Shown here piece after piece: positions 6,894-15,203 of a stretch of DNA of 24,000 nt (position 1 is its first letter; each line of letters starts with the position of its first letter). Made by a program: the position numbers and the translations under genes. Under the pieces are notes generated by a model that was not told the origin of the DNA, ran no database searches, and saw only the letters and a program-made list of their open reading frames with translations. This stretch comes from Rhodococcus maanshanensis NBRC 100610 (GTDB lineage Bacteria > Actinomycetota > Actinomycetes > Mycobacteriales > Mycobacteriaceae). The stretch covers positions 46,916 to 70,915 of the forward strand of contig NZ_BCXA01000037.1 in assembly GCF_001894865.1 (NCBI RefSeq), written 5' to 3'.

Positions 6894-8049
6894 GCCCGTG
6901 GGCCAGCACCGACGCCCCGATCGTGATCACCGCCGCCGTCAGGAGCAGATCCTCGTGCGGCAGTTGCCCCGGCTCCTCGAGGATGAGGATGACGAAGACG
7001 ATCGTGGCGAGTCCGCGCGGACCGAACCAGCCGAGGAACGCGACGGTCGGCGCGCGCGGGTGCGTGCCGACCAGCGACAGCGCGACGGGGACCATCCGGA
7101 CGACGGTCAGGCTCAGCGCCGCGTAGCCGAGCACGGCCAAGGACAGGTGCCCGAGGGCGGGGCCGAGTAGCACGGCACCGAAGACGACGAAAGTGACGGC
7201 GCTGAACAGGTCGCCTGCCTCGTCGAGCAGGCGCGCCCCCTCCTCCCCGCCCCCGCCGCGGCGACGGATCGCGCCGAAGGTCAGTCCGCCGACGAACGCG
7301 GCGATGAAGCCCGAGCCGCCCAGTGGCACGGCCACGGTGTAGGCGAGCACGGCCGCCGCCACGGGGACGATCTGCGCCCACAACGGGTCGATCGTGTCGC
7401 GACGGCGTGCGAGGGCCAGCATCGCGGCGGCGATCGCGCCCGCCCCGACGCCCGCCGCGATGCCGAACCCGATCTGCTCGGTGACCAGCCGGACCGCGGC
7501 ACCGCCGCCGATCGCACCCGCTTCCGCCTGCGCGATGGCCAGCACGACGAGGAAGAGCGGCACGCAGATGCCGTCGTTGAGCCCGCTCTCGACGTTCAGG
7601 CCCTGCCGCACCCGCAGCGGCAGGGTCCGGAGGGTCACCACGGCCTGCCCGAGCGCGGCGTCGGTGGGGGCGAGAATCACCGCGAGCAGCAGCGCCTCGG
7701 GCCAGGCGAGGTCGCCGAGCACGACCACCGCGGCGCCGAAACCCGCCGCGATGGTCAGCGGCAGGCCGATACCGAGGAGCCGGGCAGGCAGGGAGATCTC
7801 GGTGCGGAGCGCGGACAGGTCCACCCGGGCGGCGTCGGAGAACAACACCAGCGCGAGCGTCACCTCGGCGAGCAACTTCACCGTCTCGGCGGTGGCGTCC
7901 ACATCGATCAGTCCCGCGGCCTCTCCCCCGAACAGGAGTCCGGCGGCGGTGAAGACGATCGGAGCCGTGATCGGGGTGCCCTCGACCCGCCGGGACAGCG
8001 CCGCGAAGACGAGCAGGACCCCGGCGATCGCGGGTAGCGCCCATGTCAT
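6802..8049 (-). CDS. Cation:proton antiporter (Na+/H+ exchanger, CPA1-like)
   Basis: 415 aa, starting at ATG 8049. About 12 hydrophobic helices with a family-typical N-terminus (MTWALPAIAGVLLVFAALSRRVEGTPITAPIVFTAAGLLFG) and internal LESGLNDG-type motif (NVESGLNDGICV). Confidence 0.9.
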   Translation of the reverse strand: MTWALPAIAGVLLVFAALSRRVEGTPITAPIVFTAAGLLFGGEAAGLIDVDATAETVKLLAEVTLALVLFSDAARVDLSALRTEISLPARLLGIGLPLTIAAGFGAAVVVLGDLAWPEALLLAVILAPTDAALGQAVVTLRTLPLRVRQGLNVESGLNDGICVPLFLVVLAIAQAEAGAIGGGAAVRLVTEQIGFGIAAGVGAGAIAAAMLALARRRDTIDPLWAQIVPVAAAVLAYTVAVPLGGSGFIAAFVGGLTFGAIRRRGGGGEEGARLLDEAGDLFSAVTFVVFGAVLLGPALGHLSLAVLGYAALSLTVVRMVPVALSLVGTHPRAPTVAFLGWFGPRGLATIVFVILILEEPGQLPHEDLLLTAAVITIGASVLAHGLSAAPLADRYAVWSRRHPLGEDDLVRPGEP

Positions 8050-8138
8050 GCCGCCACCGCCCTACTCCACGTCGCCGGGCTGCCAGGTCTCGTCCAGTAT
8101 CGGACGCGACACCGACCCCGGGTCCAGAAAACGAGCAA

Positions 8139-8177
8139 TCCGGCGCCTAACAGCTGTATCTGCTGGTAGACGCCGGA
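8139..8177 (-). terminator. Stem-loop immediately downstream of tRNA-Thr
   Basis: tccggcg-c-ctaacagc ...tgtatct... gctggtag-a-cgccgga: a 7-bp outer stem plus an 8-bp inner stem with one mismatch, beginning 6 nt after the tRNA 3' end. No clear U tract. Confidence 0.35.
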
Positions 8178-8182
8178 TCCCG

Positions 8183-8257
8183 TGGAGCCCCCTGTCAGGA
8201 TTGAACTGACGACCTTTCGCTTACAAGGCGAGTGCTCTACCACTGAGCTAAGGAGGC
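8183..8257 (-). tRNA. tRNA-Thr (anticodon UGU), CCA encoded
   Basis: Reverse complement folds as GCCTCCT-TA-GCTC-AGTGGTA-GAGC-A-CTCGC-CTTGTAA-GCGAA-AGGTC-GTCAG-TTCAATC-CTGAC-AGGGGGC-T-CCA (75 nt). Acceptor (one G-U), D and T stems are clean. The anticodon stem has 4 bp plus one C-A mismatch. The anticodon loop CT-TGT-AA gives TGT. Confidence 0.9.
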
Positions 8258-8382
8258 GGACAAAGCGCGCCCATCATATCGGCCGCTCGCGGGAGACGGG
8301 TTCCCGGTGCCTCAAACGCCGACCCGCGCCGACCCGGTCGGCGTATGTTTGGCACGACACATTCCCTGACGGGAGCGGTCCC

Positions 8383-9207
8383 ATGGATCTCAACACCATC
8401 AGCGATGTCGTGCGGCGACCACCCGACCGCCCCGGCGCAGAGTGGCGCGAGGGCGATGCCTGGCTGGCCGGGGGGACGTGGCTGTTCTCCGTCCCACAGC
8501 CCGAACTGCGCCGTCTGGTGGATCTCACAACACTCGGATGGGATGCCCTCGTCCCGAGCGAGTCCGGCCTCGAGATCGGCGCGACCTGCACCGTTCGCGA
8601 TCTGTATGATCTTGCGCCGCAGATTGATTGGCGTGCGGCCCCGCTGCTGAGAACGAGCTGCGAGGCGTTCCTGGCCTCGTTCAAGGTGTGGAACTCGGCG
8701 ACGGTGGGCGGCAACATCTGCATGTCGCTGCCCGCGGGACCGATGATCACCATGACCGTCGCGCTCGAGGCGACCTACACGCTGTGGGCACCCGACGGAT
8801 CGCAGCGCACGATCGACGCGGCCGAGTTCGTCACCGGCGACCACCGCAACGTGCTGGTGCCAGGCGAGGTCCTGCGCCGCATCGACATCCCGGCCTCCGC
8901 GCTGCGCAAACGCCACACCCACCGCCGCTTCACCCTCACCCGACTGGGGCGCTCGACCGTGTTCATGATCGCCACCCAGACGCCCGGCACCGCCGACCTG
9001 GCTCTCACCATCACCGCGGGCACCACACGTCCGGTGCGCCTGACGTTCGCCGCCCTCCCCGACGCCGAGACCCTGCGCGGACACATCGACACCCTCCCGG
9101 ACGACATCTGGTTCGACGACCCGAACGGCACCCCCGAGCACCGGCACCACCTCGCGCGGCACTTCGCCGAGGAGATCCGCGTCGAGTTCGAGTCGGGAGA
9201 CCTGTGA
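8383..9207 (+). CDS. FAD-binding subunit of a xanthine-oxidase-family molybdoenzyme (CoxM/medium-subunit-like)
   Basis: ATG at 8383 preceded by gggag. Motifs LAGGTWLF and ATVGGNICMSLPAG are typical of the FAD-binding domain of molybdopterin dehydrogenases. The stop overlaps the next start (TGATGA). Confidence 0.9.
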   Translation: MDLNTISDVVRRPPDRPGAEWREGDAWLAGGTWLFSVPQPELRRLVDLTTLGWDALVPSESGLEIGATCTVRDLYDLAPQIDWRAAPLLRTSCEAFLASFKVWNSATVGGNICMSLPAGPMITMTVALEATYTLWAPDGSQRTIDAAEFVTGDHRNVLVPGEVLRRIDIPASALRKRHTHRRFTLTRLGRSTVFMIATQTPGTADLALTITAGTTRPVRLTFAALPDAETLRGHIDTLPDDIWFDDPNGTPEHRHHLARHFAEEIRVEFESGDL

Positions 9208-11933
9208 TGACCTACACCGTCAACGGCAAGACCTTCGACGGGGAGCCCCGCCCCGGCCAGTGTCTGCGGACCCATCTGCGGGACCTCGGCCACCACGGCG
9301 TGAAGAAGGGTTGCGACGCAGGTGATTGCGGCGCCTGCACGGTGTGGCTCGACGGCGATCCGGTGCACAGTTGCATCACCCCCGCGTTCCGGGCGGAGGG
9401 CCGCGAGGTGACCACGATCGAGGGCCTCGGCTCCCCCGACGACCTGCACCCCGTGCAGCGGGGTTTCCGCGACGCTCCCGGCTTCCAGTGCGGCTTCTGC
9501 ACCGCGGGCATGATCATGACGGCGGCGACGTTCACCGACGCCCAGAAGCAGGACCTGCCCCGAGCGCTCAAGGGCAACCTGTGCCGATGCACCGGCTACC
9601 GGGCCATCGAGGACGCCGTGCACGGGGTCGCAGGCATCGAGGTCGCGCCCCCCGGCCGGGCCGTCGGAACCAGCGTCGGCACCCCCGCCGCGACCGACGT
9701 GGTCACCGGCCGCGCCGAGTTCACCATGGACACCGACATCGACGGCATGCTGCACCTGAAGGTGCTGCACTCACCGCACGCGCACGCCCGCATAGTCTCC
9801 ATCGACAAGACCGCGGCGCTCGCGGTGCCCGGCGTGCACCGCGTCTACACCTGGCAGGACGTCCCCCGCAAGCGCTTCACCACCGCCATCCACACCGACC
9901 ACCTCGTCGACCCGGACGACACCTACATCCTCGACGACACGGTGCGCTTCGTCGGCCAGCGGGTGGTCGCGGTGCTGGCCGACACCGTCGGCGCCGCCGA
10001 GGAGGGCTGCCGCCGGGTGGTGGTGGAGTACGAGCCGCTGCCGGCCGTGTTCGACCCGGAGGAGGCGATGGCCGACGGCGCCCCGCAGCTGCACGGCTCC
10101 GACGATCCGTTCGTGCGGGACCCGGTGCACAACGTCCTGCTCGAGCTGCACGGGCACGTCGGCGACGTCGAGGCCGGCTTCGCCGAGGCCGACGTGATCC
10201 ACGAGGGCACCTATTTCTCGCCGCGGGTGCAGCACGCGCACCTGGAGACGCACGGCTCCATCGCGTGGATGGCGGACGGCCGCCTGCACGTGCGCACCAG
10301 CTCGCAGTCGCCGTCCATCGCGAAGGTCAAGCTCTCGCACCTGTTCGACCTGCGCCCGGACCAGCTGCGGGTGTTCTGCATGCGGGTGGGCGGCGCGTTC
10401 GGCGGCAAGCAGGAGGTGATCTCCGAGGACCTCGCCGCCCTCGCCACCCTCGACACGGGTCGGCCGGTCTGTTTCGAGTACACCCGCGAGGAGGAATTCA
10501 CCACCGCCTCGCCCCGGCACCCGATGAGGCTCACGGTCCGGCTCGGCGCCCGGTCCGACGGCACCCTCACCGCAATGCAGGTCCGCAACGTCTCGAATAC
10601 CGGCGCCTACGGAAACCACGGTGGTGAAACACTTTTCGCCGGCGGAGCGGCGGTCATGCTCTATCGCTGCCCGAACAAGAAGTTCGACGGCTACTCGGTG
10701 TACACCAACACCGTGCCGAGCGGGGCGCTGCGCGGCTACGGCATGACCCAGCCCGCATTCGCGGTCGAATCCGCCATGGGCGAGTTGGCGATCGCGCTCG
10801 ACATGGATCCGCTCGAGCTGCGCCGCCGCAACATCGTGCGGCCCGGCGACTCCCTCGTCGCGTTCGAGGACGGACCCGACGACGTGGTGTTCGCCGAGGA
10901 CGGCGTCGGGCGGTGCATCGACCTCGTCGACGAGGCTCTGCGCCGCGGTGGCTCCGAGCCGCCACCCGGCGGGGACTGGCTCGTCGGGACCGGGACCGCG
11001 AGCTCGTTGCACGAGACCGCGCCGCCGACCGATCACATTTCGGAGGCGTGGGCGACGCTCGGCGGCGACTGCATCTACGAGCTCGCCGTCGGCACAGTGG
11101 AATTCGGAGAGGGAACCCCGACAGCGCACGTGCAGATCGCGGCGAGCCAGCTCGGGACCACCCCCTCCCGGGTACGCCTGGTCCAGTCCGACACCGACCG
11201 AACGGGCTTCGACACCGGCGCGTTCGCCAGCGCCGGCCTGTCCGTCGCCGGCAACGCCGTGGCGCGGGCGACGAACGCCCTGCGCGACCGGATCCTCGCC
11301 TTCGCCGCCGCGCACGCGGGGGTCGAGGTCGCGGCCTGTGCGATGGACGATGACGCCGTGGCCTGCGACGGCGTCCGGGTGCCGCTCTCCGAGCTCGTCG
11401 AGGCCGCGCGTGCCCGCGGCATCCGGTTCACCGCCGCCCGCAAGGCGTACGGGTCCCCGCGCAGCGTCGTGTCCAACACCCACGGCTTCCGGGTCGCCGT
11501 GCACCGGGTCACCGGCGAGGTCCGCATCCTGCGGAGCGTGCAGGCAACCGATGCCGGGGTGATCATCAACCCGGCGCAGGTGCGCGGGCAGATCGAGGGC
11601 GGTGTCGCGCAGGGCATCGGCTTCGCGTTGACCGAGAACTTCCACGTCGACAGCGACGGCGTGATGACCAACCCGAACCTGCGCAACTACCGCATCCCCA
11701 CCTACGCCGACGTGCCCCGCACCGAGGTGCTGCTGGTCGAGTCGACGGACTCGGTGGGGCCGATGCACGCGAAGGGCATGGCGGAGTGCTGCATCAACCC
11801 GGTGGCGCCTGCGCTGGCCAATGCCGTCGAGGACGCGACGGGCGTGCGCTTCCGGGAGCTGCCGCTCACCCCCGAACGCATCTACCGCCGGATCGTGGAG
11901 TCGCGCACCGGCGCCACATCGGTACACGCATAG
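9207..11933 (+). CDS. Fused [2Fe-2S] small subunit + molybdopterin-binding large subunit (xanthine dehydrogenase/aldehyde oxidase family)
   Basis: 908 aa. Plant-type cluster GCDAGDCGAC...HSC and second cluster CGFCTAG...CRCTGY. Then a hammerhead/Moco domain with RVGGAFGGKQE and a C-terminal catalytic-Glu context AKGMAE. The ATG at 9207 shares its A with the upstream TGA. Confidence 0.93.
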   Translation: MTYTVNGKTFDGEPRPGQCLRTHLRDLGHHGVKKGCDAGDCGACTVWLDGDPVHSCITPAFRAEGREVTTIEGLGSPDDLHPVQRGFRDAPGFQCGFCTAGMIMTAATFTDAQKQDLPRALKGNLCRCTGYRAIEDAVHGVAGIEVAPPGRAVGTSVGTPAATDVVTGRAEFTMDTDIDGMLHLKVLHSPHAHARIVSIDKTAALAVPGVHRVYTWQDVPRKRFTTAIHTDHLVDPDDTYILDDTVRFVGQRVVAVLADTVGAAEEGCRRVVVEYEPLPAVFDPEEAMADGAPQLHGSDDPFVRDPVHNVLLELHGHVGDVEAGFAEADVIHEGTYFSPRVQHAHLETHGSIAWMADGRLHVRTSSQSPSIAKVKLSHLFDLRPDQLRVFCMRVGGAFGGKQEVISEDLAALATLDTGRPVCFEYTREEEFTTASPRHPMRLTVRLGARSDGTLTAMQVRNVSNTGAYGNHGGETLFAGGAAVMLYRCPNKKFDGYSVYTNTVPSGALRGYGMTQPAFAVESAMGELAIALDMDPLELRRRNIVRPGDSLVAFEDGPDDVVFAEDGVGRCIDLVDEALRRGGSEPPPGGDWLVGTGTASSLHETAPPTDHISEAWATLGGDCIYELAVGTVEFGEGTPTAHVQIAASQLGTTPSRVRLVQSDTDRTGFDTGAFASAGLSVAGNAVARATNALRDRILAFAAAHAGVEVAACAMDDDAVACDGVRVPLSELVEAARARGIRFTAARKAYGSPRSVVSNTHGFRVAVHRVTGEVRILRSVQATDAGVIINPAQVRGQIEGGVAQGIGFALTENFHVDSDGVMTNPNLRNYRIPTYADVPRTEVLLVESTDSVGPMHAKGMAECCINPVAPALANAVEDATGVRFRELPLTPERIYRRIVESRTGATSVHA

Positions 11934-11943
11934 GGAGGCGACG

Positions 11944-12915
11944 GTGGAGGCCGAGGAGCACGTCCGCGACACCGCGACCGTCATCATCGGCCAACGGGTG
12001 CGTGCCGGATCCGAGGCGGCGTTCAAGACCTGGCAGGAGGAGATCAACGTCGCGGCCTCGCAGTACGCCGGCTTCCTCGGTGCCCAGATCGCCGCGCCCA
12101 CCGCGGTGCAGCCCGATTGGGTGGTGGTCTACCGGTTCGACTCCGTCGCGAACGTGCAGGCCTGGCTCAACAGCGCCACCCGCCAGGGGTGGCTCGACCG
12201 GGGGCAGCAGTACCTCGACGGCCCGGCAACCCAACAGGTGATCACCGGTGGATCGCGCCCGACCGATCAGCTCGTGACGGTCGTCGTGACGCACCGCGTG
12301 AGACCCGACAGCATCGACGCCTTCATCGAGTGGCAGGACCGGATGCGGTTGGCGGAGCGCAAGTTCGAGGGTTTTCGCGGCTCCGAACTCTTCCGGCCCA
12401 TCGAGGGCGTGCAGGACGAGTGGACCGCCCTCTACCGCTACGACAACGCAGCGAACCTCTTCACGTGGCTCACCTCGACCAAGCGACAGCAGCTGCTCGC
12501 GGAGGGTGAGAAGTTCCACGAGTTCTCCTCCCACACCGTCGACAACTCGTTCGGGAGCTGGTTCGCCTTCGACGAGAAGGGAAACGAGGCGCCGCCACCC
12601 TCGGACGTCAAGACCTCCATAGCCGTCTGGGTCGGCCTCTATCCCACCGTCGTCCTGATCGCCCTCGCGCTCGCCCCGCTGAAAATGCCGCTGTGGCTTG
12701 GCCTGCTCGTCGGGAACCTGTTGTCCAGCTTCGCCATGACCTTCGTGACCATGCCGCGCTACGTGAACCGGCTGCTGGGGCGCTGGTTGCGGCCACCTCC
12801 TGACGCGCTGGAGCTGAGGTCGAACCTGCGCGGGATCGCCGTCGTCGCCGGGGCGATGGCCTTCTGGGTCGTCGTCTTCTATCTCGTGACGCGGCAGTTC
12901 TGGACGCTGCCCTGA
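11944..12915 (+). CDS. Tandem ABM (antibiotic-biosynthesis-monooxygenase-like, dimeric alpha/beta barrel) domains with a C-terminal 3-TM anchor
   Basis: GTG at 11944, 5 nt after GGGAGG. Two similar about 95-aa modules (ATVIIGQRVRAGSEAAFKTWQEEIN...VYRFDSVANVQAWLNS and VTVVVTHRVRPDSIDAFIEWQDRM...LYRYDNAANLFTWLTS), then three hydrophobic helices. Confidence 0.8.
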   Translation: MEAEEHVRDTATVIIGQRVRAGSEAAFKTWQEEINVAASQYAGFLGAQIAAPTAVQPDWVVVYRFDSVANVQAWLNSATRQGWLDRGQQYLDGPATQQVITGGSRPTDQLVTVVVTHRVRPDSIDAFIEWQDRMRLAERKFEGFRGSELFRPIEGVQDEWTALYRYDNAANLFTWLTSTKRQQLLAEGEKFHEFSSHTVDNSFGSWFAFDEKGNEAPPPSDVKTSIAVWVGLYPTVVLIALALAPLKMPLWLGLLVGNLLSSFAMTFVTMPRYVNRLLGRWLRPPPDALELRSNLRGIAVVAGAMAFWVVVFYLVTRQFWTLP

Positions 12916-12957
12916 AACAGAGAGAGTTCACCCTTCAACAGGATCGAGGACCAACCG

Positions 12958-13557
12958 ATGACCACGAAGACTGCACGGCGCGCGAGCCTGATCCCCTTTG
13001 CCATCGCCTCGGCGCTGCTCGTGGCGGGATGCGGCTCGAACGACGATGACACCACCCCGACGACGAGCGCAGCGGCGACCTCCATGCCCATGTCCATGTC
13101 GATGCCCACGGGCACCACAGCGATGGCGCAGGTCAGCAAGGAAAAGGCGGAACAGTCCGCCCTCGCGACCGTGCCCGGCGGGGTGGTCGTCTCCTCCGAA
13201 CTCGTCAAGCACGACGGCACGCAGGTGTGGCACGTCCACATTCGCAACACCCAGGGCTGGGACTACGACGTGGACGTCGACGCAGCTACCGGCGCGGTGG
13301 TGGATCGCGACCAGGAGGATCACGACGCGGACGACCGCACGTCGATGACCGGCGCACCGAACGCGGCGGTGACGGTCACCAAGGAACAGGCCGAACAGAC
13401 CGCCCTCGCGACCGTCCCCGGCGGCACGATCGTCTCCTCCGAAACCAATCAGCACGACGGCAAGACGGTGTGGCACGTCCACATCCGCAACACCCAGGGC
13501 TGGGACTACGACGTGAACGTCGACGCCGCCAGTGGCGCGGTCGTACCCGACAACTGA
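12958..13557 (+). CDS. Lipoprotein with two tandem PepSY domains
   Basis: Signal peptide plus lipobox LVAGC, then a Ser/Thr/Met-rich linker. Two copies of KE.AEQ.ALATVPGG..VSSE...HDG..VWHVHIRNTQGWDYDV.VDAA.GAVV. Confidence 0.85.
   Translation: MTTKTARRASLIPFAIASALLVAGCGSNDDDTTPTTSAAATSMPMSMSMPTGTTAMAQVSKEKAEQSALATVPGGVVVSSELVKHDGTQVWHVHIRNTQGWDYDVDVDAATGAVVDRDQEDHDADDRTSMTGAPNAAVTVTKEQAEQTALATVPGGTIVSSETNQHDGKTVWHVHIRNTQGWDYDVNVDAASGAVVPDN
13132..13554 (+). repeat. Intragenic tandem duplication, 243-bp period (two PepSY modules)
   Basis: 13132-13310 aligns with 13375-13554. The stretch gtgtggcacgtccacat(t/c)cgcaacacccagggctgggactacgacgtg(g/a)acgtcgacgc is nearly identical in both copies. 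Confidence 0.85.
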
Positions 13558-13573
13558 TCGGTGCGGACCCGAG

Positions 13574-14134
13574 ATGCGCACGCTGGCAATCACGCAGAAC
13601 ATCACCGTCGACGGCTCGATCGAGATGTTGGGAGATTGGTTCGATCCCCAAGGTCAGGGCGGGGTGGACAATTCCGATCTGCTCGAGGAGTTGCACCGCC
13701 AAGACCGTGCGGCCGACGGATTTCTGGTGGGTCGGCGCACTTTCGAGGACCTACGCGGATACTGGCCCAAGCAGCCCGACGATCCCACGGGGATCACCGA
13801 CTACCTCAACCGAGTTCAGAAGTACGTCGTCTCCTCGACGATGACCGACCCGCAGTGGCAGAACTCGACGGTCCTCTCCGGCGAACCCGCCGAGGAGGTC
13901 CGCGCATTGAAGATGCAGCCGGGCAAGGACATCGTGGTCACCGGCAGCATCATGCTGTGCCACACCCTGATCGAGGCAGGACTCGTCGACGAGTATCGGT
14001 TGTTCGTGTACCCGGTCGTGCAGGGCCGGGGCCGCCGGTTGTTCCCCGACGGGTTCGAGTTGCCGGAGTTGGCACTGCTCGACGCGAAGGCCTTCCGCTG
14101 TGGCATCACCTACTCGCGGTACGGCACCGCCTGA
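13574..14134 (+). CDS. Dihydrofolate-reductase-family / RibD C-terminal domain reductase
   Basis: ATG at 13574. MRTLAITQNITVDGSIE..., FLVGRRTFEDL, KYVVSST, DIVVTGS and EYRLFVYPVVQGRGRRLF are typical RibD_C-family blocks. Confidence 0.88.
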   Translation: MRTLAITQNITVDGSIEMLGDWFDPQGQGGVDNSDLLEELHRQDRAADGFLVGRRTFEDLRGYWPKQPDDPTGITDYLNRVQKYVVSSTMTDPQWQNSTVLSGEPAEEVRALKMQPGKDIVVTGSIMLCHTLIEAGLVDEYRLFVYPVVQGRGRRLFPDGFELPELALLDAKAFRCGITYSRYGTA

Positions 14135-14198
14135 CTGGGGACGACAGCTCTCGAGCCGGCCGAGGACGAACAATGATGCGGTCCTATGCGGCTTCGAC

Positions 14199-15194
14199 CT
14201 AGCCGCCGGCCGCCGCCACGACGTCGCGAATCGCGTCGACAACCAGTTGCGGCGACTCGTTGTGGATGTTGTGGCCGCTGTTCGTCTTCGTGATGTGCTG
14301 CGCGCCGGCAAACAGCAGAGCGAGGCTGTCCTGCGACGCCAGCTGCGCCCGCCAGAACACCTCCGGGTAGTCGGCGGGTGCGTCGGCGGGCAGGCGGGCG
14401 CGGAAGGCATCCGGGTCGAAGGTGTCCCCGCTGAGCACCACGACCGGCACGTCGGGAACCGGCGGGGCGGCGTGCAGCTGTGCGAAGGTCGCGGCGGGAT
14501 CGAGCTGTTCGACATCCGCCCACTGGGCGGTGCGGCGTTGGTTGTCCAGCTCGTTCATTCGGAGGAACACCGAGAACTCGGCGGGGGTCAGCTCGCTCTC
14601 GAGATACTCCGACATGCCATCGACCAGGACCAGACCGGCCGTATCGTCCGGGTGGGTGCCCGCGTACACCCTCGCGACCGGCCCCCCGTACGACCACCCG
14701 ACGAGCACGTAGGGACCGGGCACCTCGGCCGCGGTCAACAACGCGCCCAGGTCGGCGGCGTCCCGCTCCGGGGTGGTCGGCTGGGACACCGGTGTGGACG
14801 GGGTGAACTCGTCGCCCGTGCGGGCGGTCCCTGGCCGGTCGTAAGAGCAGACCCGGGTGAACGCGCCGACCTCCGGATACACCGCTGACCCGCTCGGCAC
14901 CATGTCACCGGAACGATCGGTGACCTCGCTCCAGGTGTCCGCAGCGGCGACGGCGCCGGGCACCAGCACCACCGTCGGGGACCCGGTGCCGCGGCACTCC
15001 AGGTACATCTGCCGCCCACCGCCGATGTCGAAGGTCCGGGCGATGTCGGCCTGCGGCGTGTCCGCCGTTGGCACCGTATTGCCCGCGGGGTTCTCCTCCT
15101 CGCCGCCACACGCGATCAGCGACGCCGTGACGCCGAGGACGGCCGCCGCGAACCGCAGGGCGGCGAGTCGCCCGCCCGGACTGGCGCGCATCAC
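14199..15194 (-). CDS. Secreted lipoprotein alpha/beta-hydrolase
   Basis: Signal peptide with lipobox LIACG and nucleophile elbow GWSYGG. GTG 15194 and ATG 15191 are adjacent candidate starts, 9-12 nt after the upstream stop. Confidence 0.85.
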   Translation of the reverse strand: MMRASPGGRLAALRFAAAVLGVTASLIACGGEEENPAGNTVPTADTPQADIARTFDIGGGRQMYLECRGTGSPTVVLVPGAVAAADTWSEVTDRSGDMVPSGSAVYPEVGAFTRVCSYDRPGTARTGDEFTPSTPVSQPTTPERDAADLGALLTAAEVPGPYVLVGWSYGGPVARVYAGTHPDDTAGLVLVDGMSEYLESELTPAEFSVFLRMNELDNQRRTAQWADVEQLDPAATFAQLHAAPPVPDVPVVVLSGDTFDPDAFRARLPADAPADYPEVFWRAQLASQDSLALLFAGAQHITKTNSGHNIHNESPQLVVDAIRDVVAAAGG

Positions 15195-15203
15195 ATCAGC
15201 GTG

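Noticed and set aside
6179-8044. 621-aa antisense/alternative-frame ORF over the antiporter and pentapeptide genes. Similar cases are 9771-12101(-), 5142-5963(+ upstream part), 20596-22155(-) and 20877-23204(+).
   Set aside because: Same compositional signature (Arg/Pro/Gly runs) with no recognisable domains, and each fully overlaps a strongly supported gene (antiporter, Moco subunit, amidase, KatG).
8316-8342. Short direct repeat cgccgaccc x2 and hairpin gccgac-ccg-gtcggc between the tRNA and the FAD-subunit gene
   Set aside because: A 6-bp stem in about 70% GC DNA is expected by chance, and there is no supporting context.
8350-8365. TGGCAC-N5-ATTCC, resembling a sigma-54 (-24/-12) promoter, upstream of the FAD-subunit gene
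   Set aside because: The -12 element lacks the conserved TTGC(A/T). In addition, Actinomycetota are not known to encode sigma-54, and no enhancer-binding-protein gene is nearby. This is most likely a chance match.
8050-8382. tRNA-Thr as the anchor of an integrated genomic island (the Mo-hydroxylase cluster begins 126 nt from the tRNA)
   Set aside because: There is no integrase or recombinase anywhere in the window. I could not find a second copy of the tRNA 3' segment (…gttcaatcctgacagggggctcca) that would mark an attR/attL. The cluster also lies on the 5' side of the tRNA, not the usual 3' integration side.
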